64,000 bases of DNA from contig NC_090598.1 in assembly GCF_000497125.1 (NCBI RefSeq), positions 806,001 through 870,000 of the forward strand. Direction: 5' to 3'. This stretch comes from Spironucleus salmonicida. Lineage: Eukaryota. Positions within the stretch are counted from its first letter, which is position 1. The number at the start of each line of letters is the position of its first letter. A program made the translations under genes and the position numbers. Under the pieces are notes generated by a model that saw only the letters and a list, made by a program, of their open reading frames with translations, was not told where the DNA came from and did no database searches. Shown here piece by piece: positions 11,769 to 24,689 of this stretch.

Positions 11769-11963
11769 ATGCCGCTGCACCTGAGGCATGGCAGCTTCAA
11801 GCCCCGGCCCAAGGAGCCCATCCGGTGCGCCTTCGCCAGCCGGCTGATGAGCCTGGACAACCTGTGCGTGCGCGAGTTCAGCCTGGACGAGGTCAAGGAG
11901 TTCTGCCTGCTGGACGGTATCTGCGAGAGCTCGCTGGCACCAGACGACCCTGGGGACTAGTGA
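11769..11963 (+). CDS. Small Cys-containing protein (64 aa), MPLHLR family, paralog of 4301..4489
   Basis: MPLHLRHGSF...LDNLCVREF...CLLDGICES. Ends TAG(Gln)-TGA, forming AGTGA. Confidence 0.7.
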
Positions 11964-12905
11964 GTATGACGTGGATCACTGTGGGCAGGCCTTCGCGCCC
12001 TCTGGAGCAGCGGAGGGGACAGCCCGCTCTGGTGTAGCGCAGCAGCCCTATGGCGAGCCCGCCTACGGTGCCCGATAAGCACGGCAGCGACCGTATAATA
12101 AGTAACGAGTACCCGCAGGATAAAGAAATATAAATACTTGAAAGCGTCAGTCAAACCTTTGCGTCCTCAGTATTGAGTCTGGGGCGGCTGTAACTAATCA
12201 TCATGGGGAATGGGAAAACACTTTGATAGGAATGAACTCAAAGTAATTAAGATCATTATTTACGATTAAGATAATAGTACATTCCGCTGCAATATTATTT
12301 GTTGCGTTTGTCTGCTATAATAGCTAAGTTTAATAAAATACTCTGTATTATCAAGTATCACTCATTTTTATTTGTACTTTTGCAAAATTCTACTATTTTA
12401 AATACCCATAAGCAGTAAATTTTTATTAAGTCTAATATTAGCATCTAAGGAAATCGTAGCTTGAGTATGACTTGGGTCTCTAAGAATATTGTAGACAATA
12501 TACCTTAATCGGTACATGATAATTCCAAGTGAATGCTATTTAGGTCGAATACACCCTCTATAATAATTTACTAGTATGTATGCTCATTGGATAATAAAAC
12601 TAATAACATTAATTGTTATATTTTCTATGCTCCTAGCAGCAACCAGAGTTGTAAATATCAGTATGATTCTGCAATAATTCCTTAGATATTACATCTTATT
12701 TTTACCATGAGATGCAACTTAGTAAAATATGTTATGGCAAGAATGTGAAAGATTTAAAAATATCTTAAATAGTATTATTTCAATATTTTTGCATCAGCGT
12801 GCTCATAAACTTTACTTAGCCAGATTTTCCAAATCTGTTAAAGATATTAAAAATATTATCACATTATTATTTTATATTATAGTATATATTTAAAATAATT
12901 TAAAA

Positions 12906-13940
12906 ATGAAGCTATCAAAAATTGTCATTATAACTATTCTCACCCTCAGCGTATCCCTCCTCAACGCCCTACTAGTTAATCTAATCAATGCAAGCTACAT
13001 CTACGGCGAATATGCCCCATTTTTCTGCAATTACATCTACTACTTTTGCTGCATTCTAATGCTCCTTCACCCCAAAAACTGGAATTGGACGAAATTGTGG
13101 ACCCGCCTCGTTTGCGGCCTCGTAGACGCCCTGGGCGGAATTTTGATTACCTACTCGTACAAGTTCACCGCACCAGCCTCCGCGACGCTTCTCCTTTCCG
13201 TTTCCACTCCTTTTTCGATGCTTTTTTCGTTTTTGCTCAACAAGTACAGATACAGCGTTTTAGAGGTCATTCTGCTAGTCCTGACCGTGGGGTTCGCCGC
13301 CGGCTTCGCGGGCTCCGATTTTTCTGGCACGAACTGGCTCGGCAGCGTGCTGGCCTGCCTCTCCGGCGTCACGTACGGCTTCGGCACGGCGATAAACGAG
13401 CGCTTTTCGGCCGGCGTGACGATCGCGCAGTTCCTTTCCCAAATTGGCATTTCCGGCTTCGCGCTCAACTTCGCCGCCTCGCTGGCCGTCGAAATGCCGC
13501 TTTACCGCCTCTTCGGCTGGCAGATAGTGCTCATCCAGGTCGCCTGGGGCGTGGGGCTCTTCGCGTGGTACTGGCTGGCGGTCGCGCTGATCCAACGCGC
13601 CGGCGGCGTCGTCCTGAGCCTCGCGCTGCTCGGCTCGAACGTTTTCACGTTCCCGCTCGCGATTCTCATTTTCGGCAGAAAATTCGTCTGGTGGCAGGTG
13701 CTGCTCGGCGCCGGGCTGATTGCGTCCGTTGCGGCGTTTGTGTTCGTTAACGACCGCAGGAATCGGAGGGCGGGTGAAAGGGGTGAAAATGTTTATAATA
13801 TTTAAAGGGGTGAAAATGATGAAAATACTGAAAATACTGAAAATGCTAAAAATATTTAAAATGCTGAGTCGAGAGGCGAGTCGGGAGTCGATTCTGGAGT
13901 CGCAGGGACGCCGCTGCAGGTCGGTGCGAGTGAGGTCTGA
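12906..13940 (+). CDS. Drug/metabolite transporter (EamA/SLC35F-like), about 10 TM (344 aa)
   Basis: About ten hydrophobic segments and the DMT-like stretch YKFTAPASATLL..STPFSMLFSFLL..YRY. Reads through TAA to TGA at 13938. Confidence 0.85.
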
Positions 13941-13972
13941 ATTTACGGTCCAGGACGTTTAAATGGGAGGGG

Positions 13973-14091
13973 TAATGATAATGATAATGATAATGATAAT
14001 GATAATGATAATGATAATGATAATGATAATGATAATGATAATGATAATGATAATGATAATGATAATGATAATGATAATGATAATGATAATG
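13973..14091. repeat. (TAATGA)n hexanucleotide microsatellite, about 20 perfect copies
   Basis: Directly visible. Lies between two convergent stop codons. Confidence 0.98.
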
Positions 14092-14097
14092 GTTCGG

Positions 14098-15030
14098 TCA
14101 CTCGCAGAGAAGGATTTAGATCAAATCGTGCAGCTCGGTCCCCTCGTACTGGGCAAAATCTGCTAGAAATTCGTCGTCGTGCGCGAGGTAGGCCAGGTCC
14201 TGACTATCGCAGTGCTGCAGGACGCTGTACAGATTCCGCAGGTACTAGCCATCGAGAGCCAGGTAGGAGCGTCCGGAATTGCTGAGGAAGCATCCCAGGG
14301 CCTACGGGGCGTAACTGATGCAGTTCGGTAGGTATAGGTGGACGGTTTCCCGCACGATTCTACAGCTCTCAAAATTCATGCATATAGGCACAATGTCGTA
14401 GAAGATGCCGGCCTGCGCGAGCTTCACGACGGACCACACGAGGAAGTAGAACGGCGGGGAGTTGCTCAGGGCGTCGTAGCCCGACTGCGCGCCGTCGAAG
14501 AACTTCGAGCTAACGCCATCCAGGACCCGCTCGACCTGCACCAGGAGCGGTGTCGGGATCGTGAGCCGCTGGCTTGTGCAGTTGCGGATCAGGATGAACG
14601 TGAGGTACTGTGCCTCTGTGAGGTACTCCTCGGTGCGCAAAAATACCTCGAAGACGCCCGGCAGCGATGGCGCAGCGAAGAGGACCCCGCAGTCGTAGTC
14701 GGGGAGCAGGATCATGAGTGAGTCGAACACCATCCGCATGGGCTGCTGCAGAACGATGCTGAGCAGCAGCTCGTTGTAAAACAGCTTCGGGAGCTCGCTC
14801 TTGGAGAAGAACTGGAGGAGCTTGAACGCCCACGGGTAGTCGGCCAGCAGCAGGCTGGTGAGCTGCGCCTGCATGGCCGGGGAGTCGTTGATGATGATAG
14901 TGGCCTGGTCTGGGCTAAGGCTGCTGATCGCACCCACGAGCCCATCTAGGGTGTCAAAGTGCAGGGCGACGGGCTAGATCGGGAAGTGCTGCGCGAAGGT
15001 GTTCAGCTGATGCCTCCTGTAAACTTCCAT
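14098..15030 (-). CDS. Hypothetical helical protein (310 aa), full-length copy
   Basis: Code-6 frame MEVYRRHQLNTF...ILLCE. TATAAT plus CCACACTCC upstream, gAGTGA stop. Confidence 0.75.
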
Positions 15031-17665
15031 TTTGGAGTGTGGCGTATTATAATGTGCCTAAGCAAATATCATGCCAGCTAGGCCGGCTAATAGGGCAGTC
15101 CTTTGCCGTGCATCTTCTGCTCGCGGTAAATGCTCTCGGAGCTGAACCGGTGTTTTTTGCCGTAGTGCTGCCACGGGAAGCATGATGGGCCCGGCACGAA
15201 TCGGCTGAGCACAAAAAAAGCAAGCGTCACTTTCTGCCTCTGCCTCTGCCTCTCCTGGGTGGGATTTTGGTCACCTTGGCCACCTCTACCTTGTCGTTGA
15301 CTGCCACACCTTAGTGCTTAACGACTTTTCTGCTCACCCTTTTCTGCCACTTGGCTGGCATCGGTTTGGCCTCCTTCTTCACAAACACTTTTTCGATGAC
15401 TACAATGGGGGCCTGCTTGACGGCTAGCGCTTTGACGATGGAGCATTCCTGGACATCCGAAAAGTTAACCACGCCGCCAAGGCAGCCGCTTTTGTCTTCC
15501 ATAAATCTGGCGCAGTCCCCCTTGAAGCCAACGCCGTTCAGGAGCCCCACTAGGTAGTTGCCGGCTGATTGTGGCTGCGCCAGCGAAATATCTACGTAGT
15601 TCTTCGACTCTACAAGTTCTCTCCACTCTGTCTCGAAGTACTTCCCGGGATCCTTCTTCTCCCTCTTAACGAGCGAGTTGGACGGGAAATGACTGGATAT
15701 TATGCAGGATGCTGCCTAACACACCTGGGAGAACACACTTCCCTGAATCTTGCACATAGCGGGTGTGTTGGCACTCAGAACTTGAAAAAGCTCGCGAGTC
15801 TAATTAATCTGAAACCTAACCGTGGCATCGCAGTTTTGGGATATGCTCTGCACCAGCTTAAGATTACCCCTGATCAGGGCCTTGATGTTTTGCAACGCAT
15901 CCAGCGATGGCGTGGAAAATTAAATTTGGAATATGATCTCAAATATCTAGTAGAGCTGGTTTAGATGGGCCGACTGGTACGGTTTCGGAAGAACGAACGG
16001 CTGGTTCTCCAAGTATGCTCTGCTGACGTTCATAACAAAATCAATCTGCTCTCTGTCCTTTTCGGTCTCTTCGCCGTCAAAATTGAGAGAGGCCTTCTCA
16101 CAGCACTCGATAGCCTTTTGAAACTTCATGTTGCTAAAATAATACAGGGCCTTATTGTATTAGAACTCATAGTTTTTAAACTGGAGCGGGTTTGTGTTCT
16201 GCACTCCGCTTCTCGTGCAGCATGCCAGCTAGTTGACGCTCTGTTCATAGTTCTTGGTCGACTGCTGCGACTCCGAAGCCAGCTAGAAGTTTTTGAGGCG
16301 GTATGCGATCTACTATTTCAGGACGTCCGCCTTTGGGTGTGCTTCTGTAGACTTGAAGTACCAGTAGGCGTCCTTCTTGAGTGAATAGTCGCAGTATGCG
16401 CGCTCAAAGTCTAGCCCCTATTTCGGGGCGACCTCTAACGCCCGCTGAAGAGACTCTATGTCGTAGTTTTTGATATGGCATGCGCACACGAGTCTGCTCT
16501 TGATAGGTTCAACGAGGGACGCTGCACCGCTGATGACCTTACCGTACTCCTCGGCCTTGAAGAATTGGATGATTTGTTTGGAGATCATTTTATTGGAGTG
16601 GTGTGTAGATTAGCAAAGTATTATATGATTATTGCCTGATAAAGTATATGCTAGAGTCAGCTGCACGATTTCCATCTCGCGGCTTCGCTGCGATCTTTCG
16701 AAATCAGAAAATCACCTCAAACAGACAGTAACTACCCTATTGAATATACTTTATCTTTCTCTTGTCTCCAAGACGCTGTTGGTACTGCTTCCCATCAATT
16801 TACATCAGGCAAGTCTGCCCCTTCGCTATTGGCTTGGTCGGGGACAGCACCCTCACTTTAATGTCAAGGGCTAAGTTAAACAGAATAATGTCGGTGGACA
16901 TGAAGCTCACTTTCTGCAGGGTGATGTACCGTAAGATGACAAAGGAACTCTTGTTGGCAAGCACTGCTATCGCGTCGTACACGGTCTTATTATTCCATTC
17001 GGCTGTTACAACTTGTACGCTGATGTTCTTCTTGCAGGTTAGGAGTTGCTGCACCACAACCTCTTCTTGTGGGGTAATCGGAACCTTCTTGTCGCCAAGG
17101 ATATACAGTATGTGTGTTTTCCCTAAGTGGACCTTTTTCTGAGCCTAATAGCAGGCATACTTCGAATCCTTCACGATACTGAAAATCAGTTAGTTCTTAT
17201 TCATGCTCTGTATATTTCTGATAAGATACTTTTGTTTGAGTACCTTTTCACGTGCTGACAACCACGTTTGGCAAATCTCCAAAGATTTTTGCGGGGGGAT
17301 CTTGTTGTTGAAAATGCAGATCTTGCCTTTCTTAAACTAATCAGCGAAACATTTCTAAATATCTTCCGGGGTGTCGGCCCACATTTTATTCTTCACCATG
17401 TAGCTGAGGCGGTCAGTACTGCAAACTGGAGTTTTCACTACTGAATCGTTTCTATGGCCCAGTAGTTTGTTGCTCACGTTAAAATATCGCGGGAACTCCT
17501 GCTTTAGGCACCATGTGAAGTCCAGATTGTACCAAGAAAGTCCGATTTTTTGCATGTTCCAGGCGTGGTTTTCACCGTTGGAGGCCGGACCCGTCACGCA
17601 GATTGAAGCCTTGTTCAGCAGCTTGGAGAGGAGCTTGAACAGCTTCGCGAAGCCGGCGCAGACGG
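14379..17665 (-). repeat. Inverted duplication 1, native arm (3287 bp; partner 19414..22700)
   Basis: Position p pairs with 37079-p. Mismatches noticed only at 15411/21668 and 15874/21205. Confidence 0.97.
15227..16588 (-). CDS. SRP72: Signal recognition particle subunit SRP72-like TPR protein (453 aa), copy 1
   Basis: FERAYCDY, QIAYRL and YEFQYNKA TPR signatures. C-terminal PMPAKW...HQG resembles the PDPERW...QG RNA-binding segment, followed by a basic RGRGRGRK tail. Confidence 0.75.
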
Positions 17666-18191
17666 CCACCCCGTTAAATGGACCCAGCGGGCTGAACTGG
17701 CTGTGCTTCATATTCGTTTCAGCAATGTTGCCGTATCGTGAATGTTTCGTGATCCAAACTAAATATTTTTAAGCCAACGTGTTACGACTCGAAGTAGTAC
17801 TTTAAATTAACTTAGTTACATTATAAATAAGAGTATTTTATAATTAAATAGTATTAGTATCATAACTAAAATTAAGTTTCGTAATATATGGATTAGCTAT
17901 ATATGAACCAAAATCACACATATATAATTCTGGAATTTCATACGCGATAAACTTGCGAATAAGTTTATAATCGTCAATAGTAATTTTAAGAGATTCAGGT
18001 AACACTATTGATTATTATAACTAGATCATCGCATTAACTGAACGAGTAGCCAATACTTATTATGCTTTTTTAAATTTAACATAATAATAATCATTTGCAA
18101 ATCCATATAATTTGAGCTACTGTTTTGGTCTGGTTTAGTTATTTTTAGAGTCTGAAATTTATTTTACACCACCAACTGTTTTTCCTTTCAT
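16704..18191 (-). CDS. Transglutaminase-like cysteine protease (495 aa), full-length copy
   Basis: Cys-His-Asp triad motifs VCAGFAKLF, HAWN and WYNLDFTW. Continuous code-6 frame from MKGKTVGG. Confidence 0.88.
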
Positions 18192-18850
18192 TCCAGGGAG
18201 GATGCAATAACAATGTTATTATAGTGTTATTAATATATAATGATTGAGTACACAAAAATCTAATATTTTATATAGCATTAATATTTTATTAATAAATAGT
18301 TTAATCCCACAATATTTATATAATATATAGTCTAATATTATATTAATTATATCAATATATAATATTAGCATAACTAAATATTTTACATAATCAATAAATA
18401 TAAAAATATTATATGTAATGTTACAATACTCTAATTGATAACCTATTAATGCTCAATATTATACAAATGTAATATTTCACTTTTTAAGTATATTTAAATA
18501 ATTAATGATTAAAACTAATACGTATAATCTCTACTTTACAGTAACACTTACGAATAATAGTAAATATACTTTAACATTAATACTAATTTTTAGTAGCGAA
18601 ATAAATAAAGTCAGTATAATAATATTATGAATTACTTACAGTTTTATCAGCAGTGCAACATTATTTTTATTTTTTTGTATCAATATTCTTGATTTTAAAA
18701 ACAGATAGCAATAATAGGATTAGATTATAGCTTAAAATGATAGTTTAAACTTACTTAATCTATCTACAGTTCCGATATTTCTATATTTATGTTCACATAA
18801 AAATACATACTTGATACTCAGGTGTTAATGATATTTCATTTCTTCAGTCA

Positions 18851-19108
18851 TCATATTAAGCTTAATAGCTAACGCAGTACCATATTTAAATCACATTCTT
18901 CAAAATTATCTAATGATGGAGTCTTGCAAGGAGAAATACTTATATCAACTACATCTTATTTACGTAGTTTATACCATTTATTCTTAAGTTTTAGTACGGT
19001 TAGTCGCGGAAAAGCATTTTCCTATATCTTCCTCCAATCTTAACCATATATATGAACCTGAGATATAAGGCGTTCTTCCTCAACATAAGTCCATTAGTGT
19101 GCTGTCAT
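18851..19108 (-). CDS. Single-repeat Myb/SANT DNA-binding protein (85 aa)
   Basis: MTAHQWTYVEEERLISQVHIYGQDWRKIQENAFPRLTVLKLKNKWY shows Myb Trp spacing. Missed by the ORF track. Confidence 0.88.
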
Positions 19109-19355
19109 TTTTATATACCGTAGAATAAACGCAACGTTAGTTTTTGAATAAGATTTCAATATTTTAAAAAAAATATTGTTTTAGGAATTCTACCAGATAT
19201 GAAAAATTAATTATCTCATTTAATTATAATTACAATAGTATGTCAGTATTTAGAGAAAAAATATCGATACACTAACTTAAATACAATATGCGCACCTGTA
19301 ATAAATTTCCTAAATCACAAAAAAATAAGATTTAAAACTTATAGTAAAATCAATC

Positions 19356-20375
19356 ATGACCCATGCACAGGAAGATAATTATAATATTGTCAATAACAAA
19401 TTTAACTGCATGACCGTCTGCGCCGGCTTCGCGAAGCTGTTCAAGCTCCTCTCCAAGCTGCTGAACAAGGCTTCAATCTGCGTGACGGGTCCGGCCTCCA
19501 ACGGTGAAAACCACGCCTGGAACATGCAAAAAATCGGACTTTCTTGGTACAATCTGGACTTCACATGGTGCCTAAAGCAGGAGTTCCCGCGATATTTTAA
19601 CGTGAGCAACAAACTACTGGGCCATAGAAACGATTCAGTAGTGAAAACTCCAGTTTGCAGTACTGACCGCCTCAGCTACATGGTGAAGAATAAAATGTGG
19701 GCCGACACCCCGGAAGATATTTAGAAATGTTTCGCTGATTAGTTTAAGAAAGGCAAGATCTGCATTTTCAACAACAAGATCCCCCCGCAAAAATCTTTGG
19801 AGATTTGCCAAACGTGGTTGTCAGCACGTGAAAAGGTACTCAAACAAAAGTATCTTATCAGAAATATACAGAGCATGAATAAGAACTAACTGATTTTCAG
19901 TATCGTGAAGGATTCGAAGTATGCCTGCTATTAGGCTCAGAAAAAGGTCCACTTAGGGAAAACACACATACTGTATATCCTTGGCGACAAGAAGGTTCCG
20001 ATTACCCCACAAGAAGAGGTTGTGGTGCAGCAACTCCTAACCTGCAAGAAGAACATCAGCGTACAAGTTGTAACAGCCGAATGGAATAATAAGACCGTGT
20101 ACGACGCGATAGCAGTGCTTGCCAACAAGAGTTCCTTTGTCATCTTACGGTACATCACCCTGCAGAAAGTGAGCTTCATGTCCACCGACATTATTCTGTT
20201 TAACTTAGCCCTTGACATTAAAGTGAGGGTGCTGTCCCCGACCAAGCCAATAGCGAAGGGGCAGACTTGCCTGATGTAAATTGATGGGAAGCAGTACCAA
20301 CAGCGTCTTGGAGACAAGAGAAAGATAAAGTATATTCAATAGGGTAGTTACTGTCTGTTTGAGGTGATTTTCTGA
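19356..20375 (+). CDS. 5'-truncated chimeric copy of the transglutaminase-like gene (339 aa) or a pseudogene
   Basis: Identical to the 16704..17665 part from 19414 onward. N-terminus MTHAQEDNYNIVNNKFNCMT comes from unrelated AT-rich flank. Catalytic triad retained. Confidence 0.6.
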
Positions 20376-22700
20376 TTTCGAAAGATCGCAGCGAAGCCGC
20401 GAGATGGAAATCGTGCAGCTGACTCTAGCATATACTTTATCAGGCAATAATCATATAATACTTTGCTAATCTACACACCACTCCAATAAAATGATCTCCA
20501 AACAAATCATCCAATTCTTCAAGGCCGAGGAGTACGGTAAGGTCATCAGCGGTGCAGCGTCCCTCGTTGAACCTATCAAGAGCAGACTCGTGTGCGCATG
20601 CCATATCAAAAACTACGACATAGAGTCTCTTCAGCGGGCGTTAGAGGTCGCCCCGAAATAGGGGCTAGACTTTGAGCGCGCATACTGCGACTATTCACTC
20701 AAGAAGGACGCCTACTGGTACTTCAAGTCTACAGAAGCACACCCAAAGGCGGACGTCCTGAAATAGTAGATCGCATACCGCCTCAAAAACTTCTAGCTGG
20801 CTTCGGAGTCGCAGCAGTCGACCAAGAACTATGAACAGAGCGTCAACTAGCTGGCATGCTGCACGAGAAGCGGAGTGCAGAACACAAACCCGCTCCAGTT
20901 TAAAAACTATGAGTTCTAATACAATAAGGCCCTGTATTATTTTAGCAACATGAAGTTTCAAAAGGCTATCGAGTGCTGTGAGAAGGCCTCTCTCAATTTT
21001 GACGGCGAAGAGACCGAAAAGGACAGAGAGCAGATTGATTTTGTTATGAACGTCAGCAGAGCATACTTGGAGAACCAGCCGTTCGTTCTTCCGAAACCGT
21101 ACCAGTCGGCCCATCTAAACCAGCTCTACTAGATATTTGAGATCATATTCCAAATTTAATTTTCCACGCCATCGCTGGATGCGTTGCAAAACATCAAGGC
21201 CCTGCTCAGGGGTAATCTTAAGCTGGTGCAGAGCATATCCCAAAACTGCGATGCCACGGTTAGGTTTCAGATTAATTAGACTCGCGAGCTTTTTCAAGTT
21301 CTGAGTGCCAACACACCCGCTATGTGCAAGATTCAGGGAAGTGTGTTCTCCCAGGTGTGTTAGGCAGCATCCTGCATAATATCCAGTCATTTCCCGTCCA
21401 ACTCGCTCGTTAAGAGGGAGAAGAAGGATCCCGGGAAGTACTTCGAGACAGAGTGGAGAGAACTTGTAGAGTCGAAGAACTACGTAGATATTTCGCTGGC
21501 GCAGCCACAATCAGCCGGCAACTACCTAGTGGGGCTCCTGAACGGCGTTGGCTTCAAGGGGGACTGCGCCAGATTTATGGAAGACAAAAGCGGCTGCCTT
21601 GGCGGCGTGGTTAACTTTTCGGATGTCCAGGAATGCTCCATCGTCAAAGCGCTAGCCGTCAAGCAGGTCCCCATTGTAGTCATCGAAAAAGTGTTTGTGA
21701 AGAAGGAGGCCAAACCGATGCCAGCCAAGTGGCAGAAAAGGGTGAGCAGAAAAGTCGTTAAGCACTAAGGTGTGGCAGTCAACGACAAGGTAGAGGTGGC
21801 CAAGGTGACCAAAATCCCACCCAGGAGAGGCAGAGGCAGAGGCAGAAAGTGACGCTTGCTTTTTTTGTGCTCAGCCGATTCGTGCCGGGCCCATCATGCT
21901 TCCCGTGGCAGCACTACGGCAAAAAACACCGGTTCAGCTCCGAGAGCATTTACCGCGAGCAGAAGATGCACGGCAAAGGACTGCCCTATTAGCCGGCCTA
22001 GCTGGCATGATATTTGCTTAGGCACATTATAATACGCCACACTCCAAAATGGAAGTTTACAGGAGGCATCAGCTGAACACCTTCGCGCAGCACTTCCCGA
22101 TCTAGCCCGTCGCCCTGCACTTTGACACCCTAGATGGGCTCGTGGGTGCGATCAGCAGCCTTAGCCCAGACCAGGCCACTATCATCATCAACGACTCCCC
22201 GGCCATGCAGGCGCAGCTCACCAGCCTGCTGCTGGCCGACTACCCGTGGGCGTTCAAGCTCCTCCAGTTCTTCTCCAAGAGCGAGCTCCCGAAGCTGTTT
22301 TACAACGAGCTGCTGCTCAGCATCGTTCTGCAGCAGCCCATGCGGATGGTGTTCGACTCACTCATGATCCTGCTCCCCGACTACGACTGCGGGGTCCTCT
22401 TCGCTGCGCCATCGCTGCCGGGCGTCTTCGAGGTATTTTTGCGCACCGAGGAGTACCTCACAGAGGCACAGTACCTCACGTTCATCCTGATCCGCAACTG
22501 CACAAGCCAGCGGCTCACGATCCCGACACCGCTCCTGGTGCAGGTCGAGCGGGTCCTGGATGGCGTTAGCTCGAAGTTCTTCGACGGCGCGCAGTCGGGC
22601 TACGACGCCCTGAGCAACTCCCCGCCGTTCTACTTCCTCGTGTGGTCCGTCGTGAAGCTCGCGCAGGCCGGCATCTTCTACGACATTGTGCCTATATGCA
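19414..22700 (+). repeat. Inverted duplication 1, ectopic arm
   Basis: Reverse complement of 14379..17665. The genes at both ends are truncated. Confidence 0.97.
20491..21852 (+). CDS. SRP72: SRP72-like protein, copy 2 (453 aa)
   Basis: Same as copy 1 except I/L and A/V substitutions. CACCACTCC upstream, aAGTGA stop. Confidence 0.75.
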
Positions 22701-22900
22701 AATTCTTCTACAAATTAAATAGCTCTGCGTACTATTTAATTTTATATTTTTACCTTATAGTCTTTACGGTTTTTATTAGTCGATAGGACACTTTTTAATT
22801 CTATAAATCAATCAAATAGGTATTATAAATATTGTTATTTAAACTTGTAATACTAAGTAACATTTTAAAGTTATCTTACTAAGCGTTAAAAATTTTATGA
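22049..22900 (+). pseudogene. 3'-truncated chimeric copy of the 14098..15030 gene
   Basis: Identical up to 22700 (...DIVPIC), then reads about 66 codons of AT-rich flank to TGA. Confidence 0.65.
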
Positions 22901-23783
22901 TTTATATAAATGCGATTTTTTTATTAAGAGAATTTATTTACAAATCTAATATATAAATAATTTATCAATATCACATCATTCAATTGGTAGTCATTAAAGA
23001 TAAGTTGATTTTACTAAGCAAAGATTATTTTTTGGTTTAGAACTTAAAACTCGTTTACCATTCCATAACTTTAAATGATTTTTCTAAGAATAAACACTGA
23101 TGTAACTACCTGATAAAGATAATTCCATGTTATCTTTAGTATTATTTAAACTCTTTTATTGTTTATAATGATTACTATTCTAAAGCTACATATTTTCATC
23201 TTTAATTTTATTAATTTATGTTTACTACTTACGGAATACCTTTTTAGTATCTTCAGAGCATTTCAGTTTATATATATCAGATTTTTTCATTAAAAAGCAG
23301 TATATACTATAATGTATAATATTTACTTCTTATAAATCAAATAGTATCTAGATTTATTATAATTATTATACATAATAATAATAATATACTTTTTAATACT
23401 CTTACTAAGTAGTTTTTACTTAAAATACTAAACTAATTTATTTTAATTAGACGTATTATATTGTTATATTAGATCACATAAATATATACAAATCATGAAC
23501 ATCTAATATTAAAATTATTAAAATAGGCAATATAAATCTAATGAGTAAATTAATGTATAATTTGTTGTTTTAAATTTAAGTTTTTACTGATTATTTGAAG
23601 GACAAACTCTATATATTCTATAATATATATAAGTTAGTAGATTTTTAAAATACCATAATATGTGACAGAATAAATTTAATAATAAATTCATATTATTCCT
23701 TAATATTATTATTTTTAGAAAAGTTTATCATATACTAATAAGTAACAAATATAGATAAATTTATCATTAAAGCCAGAGAAAAA

Positions 23784-24038
23784 ATGGATGCAAATAATTT
23801 TCTTTTATTTGAGCTTACTTAAATATTAAATTTAAGTAATAACCGAAAATGGGATCAAACTGAGGATGGTATATTAACAAATATTGTTAAGTGTAATGAG
23901 TAAAAAACAAGCAAATTAACATGGAATTAAATCGCTTTACTTATTTCTTAATAAACTGGGAAATAACAGAGATCAGGTATACAAGTAAGCTAACGCTGGA
24001 GAAGGGTGATTAAAAAATAGCTAAAGAATAAATACTGA
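23784..24038 (+). CDS. Myb-like DNA-binding protein (84 aa)
   Basis: RKWDQTEDGILTNIV...TWNQIA...RSGIQVSQRWRRVI Myb signature in code 6. Confidence 0.85.
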
Positions 24039-24190
24039 CTGAGTAAATAGAAATAATTTAGGGCATATCAATTAGGTCATTAACTAATATTTTATTATCA
24101 AAATCAATTGATATTAATTTATTATATAATTATTAACAATTTACCTTTTATCATATTAACTTATTATATGGTATTAATTAAATTCTATAA

Positions 24191-24598
24191 ATGATTATAA
24201 TAAATATTTTTCGAGGTATTTATTTATTATATCTACTCTACAAGTTGAATCAACAGCTAAGACAGACAATAAATCTGGAGTTCAATATAAGCACAAAGTA
24301 TTATCTTCAGGATTCCTAAATTGATATAGTTAACTAACCTTTTATTGAACATAGTAAATCGCTTTTTATCATAATTCTCTCTTATATGATAGAAATTATC
24401 ATTCCATAGTTACAGTAATCATCATTGTATAGCATTTTGTCTGGAGCGAGCATCTGTTTCATATTAATTGGAGATAAGCATTAAAGATTATTTACAATTT
24501 TAGAAGACAGCACTATTCTAAGCAGCTCGCCCAATGAAACTCCAGAACCGCAAAATCCCACCACAATTATTACGCCAGAAATACCAGATTTGGACTGA
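24191..24598 (+). CDS. Hypothetical protein (135 aa), possibly membrane
   Basis: Open code-6 frame with hydrophobic stretches and a Pro/Thr-rich tail. No homology recognised. Confidence 0.4.
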
Positions 24599-24689
24599 TA
24601 AATTTTCTAACTTAAAAGCTATTTATTCTCATTTTTATTATATAATATTGCATTATACGTAAAAAATTTATTCCTTTCTAAATTTCATC

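Noticed and set aside
13963-14166. (MI)n ORF here and the (NQSI)n ORF at 56798-57157
   Set aside because: These are translations of microsatellites.
14379-22700. Transposon with long terminal inverted repeats
   Set aside because: The arms consist of ordinary host genes, the spacers hold no transposase, and the three pairs share no common terminal sequence.
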